Assembly (NCBI RefSeq): GCF_009914755.1
Contig: NC_060948.1
From: the human T2T-CHM13v2.0 reference genome, Homo sapiens
Direction: 5' to 3' (one strand)
DNA length: 64,000 nucleotides
In this document: positions 48,769 through 64,000 of the stretch, piece after piece
Layout: every line of letters starts with the position of its first letter
Position numbering within the stretch: position 1 is the stretch's first letter
Notes under the pieces: generated by a model
Database searches by the model: none
The model's input: the letters and a program-made list of their open reading frames with translations, nothing else
Told to the model about the DNA's origin: nothing
Program-made: the position numbers and the translations under genes

Positions 48769-49668
48769 ATAGCAAACGTCTGGAAACAAACTGGATGTCC
48801 ATCAGCAGTGGAATGATTCAATACATTATGATAAATTCATACAACAGAATACAGTTGTTTAAAATATGAGAAAATGTATTATGTACTAAACAGAAAACTC
48901 ACCAAAATATAATGTTAGGTGAAAAAAGCAAAGTACAGAACAGACACAGGAATGCAGTATACATAATTTGCTTGTATATATGAGGATTAAACTATCTCTG
49001 GAATGATATACCAGAAATTAATCATGGTGGTTACCTGTAGGACAGGAAGAGGGTGCTGGCATTGCAAGAATGAGACTTTTCACTAACACTCTTTCATAAT
49101 TTTTTATCTTAGAAACTTGTAACTATATTACTTATCCAAAAAGTAAAATAATAAAGTCTAGAAAGAGTAAAAAGAAAACAAAGTGTAAAAAAAGTTATAG
49201 ATGGGGGATAAGTTCCCATTGTAAGACTCTTTATGCTAGAGCTGTACAATTTTTAAAAATGAGAAGTATGTATATGTTACCAGGAATGCCAGGATATATG
49301 ATCAAGTGACTGAAAACTATGAGCAAAATAAAAAACAGAAAAAAGAAACAAACCCACAAGTGCTTCAGGTATTAGAATTATCAGACATGAACTTTAAAGT
49401 CATTGGTAATATTATCAAACCTAGGTTTAAATAACTACTAGTTTTTTTTTATCTTGGTGCTAGTTACAGAGGTTTATTTACATTGTGATAATTCACCCAC
49501 TTGTACCTTTAAGATGGCACACTTTCTCTCAGGTATATTATACTTCAATAATATTTTACAAAAGTAGAAAACTTGTGGGATGTGACTAAATCTGGGGTGG
49601 GGGGAATCTATAATCGTAAACACATGTATTTGAAAACAAAACAAAAAAAGTACTGAAAAACTGATATG

Positions 49669-49779
49669 ATAGGTGTGGTGGCTCACATGTATAATCCCAA
49701 CATTTTGGAAGGCCAAGGCAGGAGGTTTGCTTGAGGCCAGAACTTCAATACCAGCCCAGGCAACATAGTGAGACCTGTC

Positions 49780-49843
<64 letters not shown>

Positions 49844-50010
49844 TGGGCATGGTGACACACACCTGTGGTCCCAGCTACTTGGAAGGCTGAGGAGGGAGGA
49901 TTGGATCACTTGAGCTCAGTAATTTAAGGCTGCTATGAGCTATGATTCATCACTGCACTATAGCCTGAGTGACACAGTAAGACCCTGTCTCAAAAAAAAG
50001 AAAAAGAAAA
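49669..50010 (+). mobile_element. AluJ with A54 middle linker
   Basis: Diverged left and right monomers separated by pure A run 49785-49838. Confidence 0.85.
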
Positions 50011-50759
50011 AACTCCAATGATCTATGCATCCATCTCAAAAATCCCAGCAAATTAAGCTGAATGAAATTAAAATGATGGAAATAATAAGGATAAAAGCTG
50101 AAATCAATGAAAAAAAAAAAAACCAAAGACATAATAGAGAAAATATAAAAAGCCAAAGCTGTTTCTTTGAAAACAGTATTCCAGTTGCTAATCTCTGTGG
50201 CAGCCAGCCTCCAAAATGGCCCCCAGTGATTTTCACTTCCGCTATCCATGCCTTGTGCAGTTCTCTCTCATATTAAATATGGCTAACCTGTGTTATCAAA
50301 AAGCTAGTTCAAATTTCCTAGGCTAGATTATAAAACACATGGCAGCTTCCACCTTGTTCACCCTGGGTGAAAGTAGCTACCATACTGCAAGGACATTCAA
50401 GCAACCCTACAGAGCTTAATGCATTACATTACAGAGGTGTCCTGCTAACAGACAGCATTGACTTGCTAGCCATGTTAAGTGAGCCGTCTTGAAATTGGAT
50501 GCCCTAGTCTCAGTCAAGCCTTTGGATGACTGCAGGCCTAATCAACATATTGACCAAGACAGAACAACCTAGCTAAAGCATTTCTCAAATCAGGAACCAC
50601 AGAAGCTCTATATTAGTTTGCTATTGTTGTACAACAAATGAACATCTCAGGAAATATACATATATTGTCTAGTATATTTTCTCTTATACAGTTTCTGTGG
50701 GTCAGGATTTCATTTAAGAAAATACATGTTTATTCTTTTTTAAGTGTTTTTTTTACTTC

Positions 50760-51230
50760 CTTTTCTTTAAATTTATTTTTTATTTCAATAGGTTTTTGGG
50801 GAACAGATGGTGTTTGGTTACATGAATAACTTCTTTAGTGATGATTTCTGAGATTTTAGTGCACCCATCACTCGAGCAGGGTACACTGTACCCAATGTGT
50901 AGTCTTTTCTCCCTCATCCCCCTCCCACCCTTTCCCCTGGGTCCCCAGAGTCAATTGTATCATTCTTATGCCTTTGCATCTTCATAGCTTTGCTCCCACC
51001 TATGAGTGAGAACATATGATATTTGGTTTTCCATTCCTGAGTTAATTCACATAGAACAAGTCTCCAATTCCATCCAGATTGCTGCAAATGCCATTATTTT
51101 GTTTCTTTTTATGGCTGAGTAGTATTCCATGCTACATATATACCACATTGTCTTTATCCATTCGTTCACTAATGGGCATTTGAACTGATTCCATATTTTT
51201 TCAGTTGCAGATTGTGCTGCTATAAACATA
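50760..51230 (-). mobile_element. L1PB1-like 3' end
   Basis: TTTCAATAGGTTTTTGGGGAACAG..TTTCTGAGATTTT..GTACACTGTACCCAATGTGTAGTCTTT..TATGGCTGAGTAGTATTCCAT; ORF 51047-51229 resembles the ORF2 C-terminus. Confidence 0.8.
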
Positions 51231-51238
51231 TGAGAAAA

Positions 51239-51596
<358 letters not shown>

Positions 51597-52372
51597 TCAA
51601 CTGGGTTCACTGCATAGGGTTTCACAAGGTTGCAGGCAAGGTGTCAGCTGAGCTAGGTTCAAGCTCATTGAGGTTGTTGACAAAATTCATTTTCTTATGT
51701 CTGTATGATTGTGTAGCTATGTTTTTTATTGGGTATTGGCTGGAGGCCACCCTCAGGTCCTAGACACCACCTGCTGTTGGGCTTCCTCAATATGGTCACA
51801 CACTTCATCAAATCAGCAAGGAGAATCTTGTGTGCATGCCAGCAATATGTCTATCTCATATCCTAATGTATGTCTCTCTCCTCCTCCTCTCCTCTTCTCT
51901 CTCCTTTCTTCTGTGTGCACACACACACACACACATATCACAGGAGTAACAACCCATCACATTTGCAATATTATGTCAGTTAGAAACAAGTCACAGATCC
52001 TTCTCACACTCACTCGATTTCATCCAAAAGTTTGGGCAGTGATCCCATCCACACTAAAAAAGGAAGAGATCATACAGAGTATAACACCAGGACATCGAGA
52101 TCATGGGAAACATCTTAGAAGTCTGCCTATCACAGATAATAAATACTTGTTGTTGTTTGAAGACATTAAGTTTCAGGTAATTTCTTATGCAGCAATAGAT
52201 AACTAATTAGTAAGAGTTGTGCCTAACTAATTAGGCACAAGTTAGAATATAAGGAGTGAACAGTTATCACTATAGATCCTACAGATACTAAAAAGATAAG
52301 AGTTTGTTTTACTATAAGCAAGCCTATCACAATAAGACAATTTAGATTAAAAGGCTGGTAAGTTTTATGCTT

Positions 52373-53854
<1,482 letters not shown>

Positions 53855-54021
53855 AGAAATTTTAAGAGAACAAAAATAAAGGGAACAGAGCCATGCTCAG
53901 TTTTTGAGATTACAATAAACTTGATACCAAAAGTAGTCTAAAAAATTACAAAAAGTAAAACTACAGGCTAATCAGTCACATGAACACGAGCCCAAAAGTC
54001 ATTTTTAAAAACAGCACACTA

Positions 54022-54256
54022 AGCGGGACACAGTGGTTCATGCCTGTAATCCCAGCACTTTGGGAGGCCGAGGTGGGAGAAGTGCTTGAGCTCAGGAGTT
54101 CCCTTTATTTTTGTTCTCTTAAAAGTTTCTGTATCCTCTAGGCCCATCTACTCAAGAGGCTGAGGTGGGAGGATAACTGGAACGTGACTGTGAATAGCCA
54201 CTGACTCCAGCCTGGGCAACATAGTGAGACTCTGTCCCTAAGATTTAAAAAAAAAT
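54022..54256 (+). mobile_element. AluJ whose middle is replaced by an inverted L1-derived segment
   Basis: Left arm to GGAGTTC (54101), then CCTTTATTTTTGTTCTCTTAAAAGTTTCTGTA (non-Alu), then right arm. Confidence 0.8.
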
Positions 54257-54614
54257 CTGTAATGTTGGTGTTATTTTTTCCCTTTCATTGAGGAATTCAC
54301 CAGTGATGCCATCAGGAACTGGGGATTGTTTTTGTGAGGAAGTTTTAAATTATGGATTCTATTTATTTCATAAATATACGGGTATACATACTCTTATATT
54401 TGGTTTTGGTAAGTTGTGTTTTTCAAGCAGTATGTATACAACCTTTTAATTTGTTTCTGCTTATAATAATTGTGGGATCTTTTTTTAAAAAAATGATTGA
54501 CTTTTCATGAATAGAAGATAAGTTTTACTAATACTACACTCAATGTTAATTCCTTGAAGTTCAAGGACACTGAGACCCCGTCTAATAATACAGAAGAAAA
54601 ACTAGGATAGTGGC

Positions 54615-54923
<309 letters not shown>

Positions 54924-56404
54924 TTAGGGTGAATTACTTCAGTAGAGAACGGAAGTACATGCACTAGCCTGAATATGTTAATTTAAATTAAAAAAAAAAA
55001 CTTAAAAAAAAAATTAGAGATGGGGTCTCGACATGTTGCCCAGGCTGAATCCAAACTCCTAGGCTCAAGCAGTCCTCCCCCCTCAGCTTCCGAAGTAGCT
55101 GAATAAGCTAATTAACTTGTTTTGTTTCTCTCAGGGAGTGCACAACAGGTGGAGGGAGGAGGCAGGAGTGTGGGGATGAGAGCACCTTCCCAAGAAAAGG
55201 CCTGGAAGAGTTTATAACAACCAGGAAAGGCCTGGGGCACAGCAAAAGGAACTGGCCTTTGCCTCTGGGAGAAAGGAATGCCTCCTCCCTTCTTCCAGCC
55301 TCCCTTAAGAAAAATACCCAGGAATGCCCCCAGCCCTGTGAGCACAGAGCACTGGTGTGAGTTGTTTACTTGTTAATGAGTTTGCACCACTGTCTGCATG
55401 TAGTGAGTCATTCAGGTCATTCTGGGGTGATGTTGGTATGCACAAACCCCTCCTTTAATCTGGTTGGCTAGTTCAGAATAGACAAGTTTTAACACTGCTT
55501 CCTTCTCCCATCGAGAAGTAAAGCCCAGGTTCTGAGGAGCAGACTCCATCTGGAGACCATGTTTGGTGAACCTGAGCTTTGGGAAAGACACGGCTTCAAC
55601 CTCAAGTTGTTTTGCCCCTTCCTGTGGCTGACAGCATCAGAGGTCAGGATCACAATGAATTTTACCATTTTGATGGGGATTTTAAAAAGTGACTGTTTAA
55701 AAAACGCTGCTTTGAAATTTTTTTTAATCTTGATTTATATAAGCATTTATTTCTTGATAAGATTTGAATTATAACCTAATTGATAGACTTAATATTCTTT
55801 GGGGCTAAGACTACATGAGAAAAAAATGTTATACAGATTTTTTAAATGATTCCTGGGCTTAAGGAAAAAATTAATTTTAAATCCTTACCAGTCTCCCAGA
55901 TAATTAATGAGCAGGTGTTGCCTGGGAGTGTAAAGATTTTTAGGTCTTATGACCTCGTGGCCCCTTGGTCCAAAAAATAAGATTACTTGCCTCTTTCCTT
56001 ATTCTTACCGGATAGAATAAGACTCTTTTAAAACATCTAGTTTAGGTTAGAAAAGAAAATGGGACACCATATTTGTAATTGACTTAACATTTATAAGTAC
56101 CTGATTTAAATGAACTTTACTCAAAGTACACTCCACAAAAGGCACTTCAAATTTCACTGGAGCACAGCCCTTTGTGTTGAAGAATAACGTAGAATAAAAT
56201 AGCTTTCTTTTTTAACACCACCACAACACTCAAGGAAATGAAAGTAGGTAAGGCATATATCTGTGAACAGCAGTGCTATCCATTCCATGAATGTTTAGGG
56301 TTTACTCCATGTTAGGCACTAGGAACAGGATGGCAAACAGGGCAGACAGGTCCCCTGACCTCTTCCACCACCCTACAGTCGAGTGAAGAAAGTAGATTTT
56401 TTAA

Positions 56405-56566
56405 AAATTATTATTATACTTTAAGTTTTAGGGTACATGTGCACAATGTGCAGATTACTTACATATGTATACATGCGCCATGCTGGTGTGCTGCACCCAT
56501 TAACTCGTCATTTAGCATTAGGTATATCTCCTAATGCTATCCCTTCCCCCTCCCCCTACCCCACAT
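56405..56566 (-). mobile_element. L1PA3-like terminal ~160 bp of 3' UTR
   Basis: TTATTATACTTTAAGTTTTAGGGTACATGTGCACAATGTGCAG..CATTAACTCGTCATTTAGCATTAGG..CCCCACA. Confidence 0.9.
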
Positions 56567-56835
56567 TGCTCTTCTCTCCCAGGCTGGAGAACAGTGGTGC
56601 TATCTCGGCTCACTGCAACCTCTGCCTCCTGGGTTCAAGAAATTCTCCTGCCTGAGCCACGTGAGTAGCTAGGATTACAGGTGTGCAACATGACACCTGG
56701 CTAATTTTGTATTTTTAGTAGAGATGGGGTTTTGCCAGTTGGCCAGACTGGTCTCGAACCCCTGACCTCAGGTGATCCTCCCGCCTTGGCCTCCCAAAAT
56801 GCTGGGATTATAGGCGTGAGCCACCATGTCCAGCT
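56567..56835 (-). mobile_element. AluSq/Sp-like lacking its last ~10 nt and A tail
   Basis: TTGCTCTT..CCCAGGCTGGAG..CTAATTTTGTATTTTTAG..CCTGACCTCAGGTGATCC..GAGCCACC. Confidence 0.88.
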
Positions 56836-56859
56836 AGATTTTAAATATTAACAAAATAA

Positions 56860-57490
56860 TTACAAGTTCTGATTATTACTGTTAAGAGAAAAGCACAGAG
56901 ATAAAATAACATCAGAGAGGGGGCACCACCACTTTAGGAAGCCAGGTAAGGGCTGGAGGAGGTGAAATTTAGGCAAAGATTAAAGGACATTAGGAGTCAG
57001 ACCTGCCATAGCAGGAGGGAATAACATCCCTGGCAGAGAGGAAAGCTTGTTCAGAGCCATAGTCCTGAAAGAAGCTTGTTTGAGGGACTACAAGAAGACC
57101 AATGTGCTTGAAGCATAATACATCTAAGATCAGATGTGTGATGAGTTTGAAGAGGCAGCTAGATCACCGTAAGAACTTTGGAGGGCTTTTGGCAGGAGAG
57201 TGACATGATCTGATCTGATGTATATTTTGAAAGGTCACTCCAGCCTCCAGGTAGCAGTGGAAGAAGACATGCAAAAATCACAATCATAACTTACACGGCA
57301 TGGTAGCTTGGAGTACGGAGGAAGAGGAAGAACATCTGGGGTATATTTTGGAAGTGGAATAAACAGATCTGCTGGTGGATGGAGAAGGGTGGGGTGAGGG
57401 TTGGTAATGAGGAGCCAAGGATGACTCATTTTCAGGTTGGAGTAACTGGGAAGGCTTGGAAGACTAGTGGAGAAACAGGTTTGGAGAGAG
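56860..57490. mobile_element. L2 fragment
   Basis: GAGGTGAAATTTAGGCAAAGA..GCAGGAGAGTGACATGATCTGA..TTTTGAAAGGTCACTC..GGGTATATTTTGGAAGTGGAATAAACAG..AGGAGCCAAGGATGACTC. Confidence 0.7.
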
Positions 57491-57557
57491 AAGTCTCAGT
57501 CCCTTAGTCATTCACCTCAGTTTCATAGTCACTGGAATACCTTAGATCTCTTATCTA

Positions 57558-58071
<514 letters not shown>

Positions 58072-59161
58072 CTAACCCCAGATTTTTTTTATATATATAT
58101 ATATAGCAAGAGCTTACAGAACAGGCAGCACCAAGTGGGAGCTGGGGGGCTTGTCTTGATGTTGCATTTGATAAATATACACAGTTTTTGCTCAGATTAT
58201 ATTTTTGCTTAGATTTGGGCTAAAGATCCCCAAAGCTGCCCCTTGGTATTGACACTCATTAAGAAATTAAGGAAGAGATAGTACTATTGAACTATTTTCC
58301 AAAAAAAGAAAAAAAAAAGACAAAAACCCAAAACAAATGGGATGTGATGTACATTTTCCATGTTATTTTATACATGAGCTATCTTTCCAATACTGAAGTT
58401 GGTTTAGCAAGAAAATAATTAAAGACGTCAATGTGCAAACCAAGAGCCAAAACCACTCTCAACAGCCCAAGGTTGTGAACGTATTTAATTTGCCGTTTCC
58501 CTGGGAAGTCATTTCTTGGATCATTGACTTACTATTATTCTGTAAAACAGTGGTAGCCCCTGCCTTCCTCTGCTTGCTGCCAAGAGTATGATCCAGCAGT
58601 GGGGTCTGAAGAGTTTATGTTTATTGGATTTTAATGACTTAGTTAACAAAGGTCATTCCTAAAAGTAATAGAAAACTAAGGGTGTGGAAACAGAACGGAA
58701 AAGACTGACTCGAGGGTTATTTCTAGTAGTTCCTTGGTGTTGTCCTTAGATACATGTTTAATCCTTAAAAGCAATTATGAAGGAGTCTTCCTCATAACCA
58801 ATTTACTGATGCTATATTCAACTATACTTGTAAAATGTTATTTTAGACCTCTCAGTAACAAAAGGAACAGGGCTTAAAATATGTTAGATAATATTGCCAT
58901 AAACAATGTACTGTTAACATAATATTGCTGACAGTATAATTGTAATTCACTGTAATACTTGAATGCCACAACTGTAGTGCTTCCATTATCGCTGACAGTA
59001 GGAAATAACTTCAGTCTCAGGTGAAATCTCCTTGGATACAAATCTCCAAGTTAAAAGAAACCTAAAAGACCATTTAATCTTGTCCTTTTAAATATTTAGT
59101 AACTCATTTGGCAGTAAATATTTATCCAAATTATGTTTCTTAGACTGTAAAAGAATTTCCA

Positions 59162-59770
<609 letters not shown>

Positions 59771-59939
59771 CGAGCTAAATGGTGATTGAATTATTTAAAA
59801 TTAAATTGATGAGATCATTTAAGAATATGTGGAAAGAAAGAAATTTATAGTCATTCTTCAGGTATAAATTAAATATTTTCCACCTCAAAAATCCAATGAC
59901 ATGAGATATAAATGTATAGTTCACATATGTAATACATTT

Positions 59940-60385
59940 CTCACATGGTTACAGAACCTTTCTGATCTGGCTCTGGTTGACTTTTCCAGCCTTATCTAAT
60001 TTCTCCTCCCTCCTTCCAACCCTGTTTTTTCCTCCTCCTCTCCTTAGCTACAGCCTTACTAATCTTCCTACCGTGAGCCTCAAACCCACGCTGCTCTCAG
60101 GTCTCAGGGCCTATGTACAAGTAATTCCCACTGCCTGGAATCCCTTGCCCTCATTCTTTGTTGGGTCATTCTGCAGACCCAATACTACTTCCTCTTGGGA
60201 GACTTTGTCCATCTCCTCTTCCCCCAATCTCCGAACCCCACCAAGACGTCAGTAGTTCTTGAGCAAGCCTCTGCTTAGTTTTCCTGGGATGACCAAAACT
60301 AACACTGTCTGATCCGTTGTTCAATACCCAATCCCTAGAACAGAGCTGCAACATAACAGGCACTATAAATGAATGAATGGATAAA
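59940..60385. mobile_element. L2 fragment (opposite orientation to 56860-57490)
   Basis: CCTTTCTGATCTGGCTCTG..TTCCCACTGCCTGGAAT..ACATAACAGGCACTATAAATGAATGAATGG. Confidence 0.65.
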
Positions 60386-60444
60386 GACAGCACTGAAGAA
60401 CTTGAAATTATAGTTTACACATGTAAACAGTAACATAAATCTGA

Positions 60445-60773
<329 letters not shown>

Positions 60774-60775
60774 AA

Positions 60776-60776
60776 G

Positions 60777-60811
<35 letters not shown>
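60776..60811 (+). repeat. (GTT)12 microsatellite, derived from the L1 poly(A) tail
   Basis: Perfect trinucleotide run abutting the L1 3' end. Confidence 0.95.

Positions 60812-64000
<3,189 letters not shown>

Overview
Primate, almost certainly human, heterochromatin-to-euchromatin junction with no intact protein-coding gene, RNA gene or CRISPR array. Left to right: HSat3 (CATTC)n satellite (1-3.2 kb); a composite satellite in which 25 copies of a ~55-bp Alu 3'-end fragment are interleaved with CATTC/CACTC pentamers and ordered into a 5-monomer, ~1.3-1.55-kb higher-order repeat (3.2-10.8 kb); a 68-bp beta-satellite array (10.8-25.3 kb); a decayed L1PA3/4 whose poly(A) runs into a 5'-truncated CTBP2 processed pseudogene (25.3-30.3 kb); ~30 kb of Alu/L1M/LTR/L2-dense DNA containing a 1.1-kb inverted duplication and a small fold-back rearrangement; and a minus-strand L1 (60.8-64 kb) that is chimeric, with a diverged L1PA2-type 3' end and a near-pristine L1HS-type body. 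From memory (not checked against a database), this layout matches distal human Yq12 (CTBP2P1) running into the L1 that forms the PAR2 boundary. Subfamily calls were made by eye against remembered consensus sequences, and boundaries of old repeats are approximate. Nearly all ORFs in the supplied track are artefacts of satellites or Alus.
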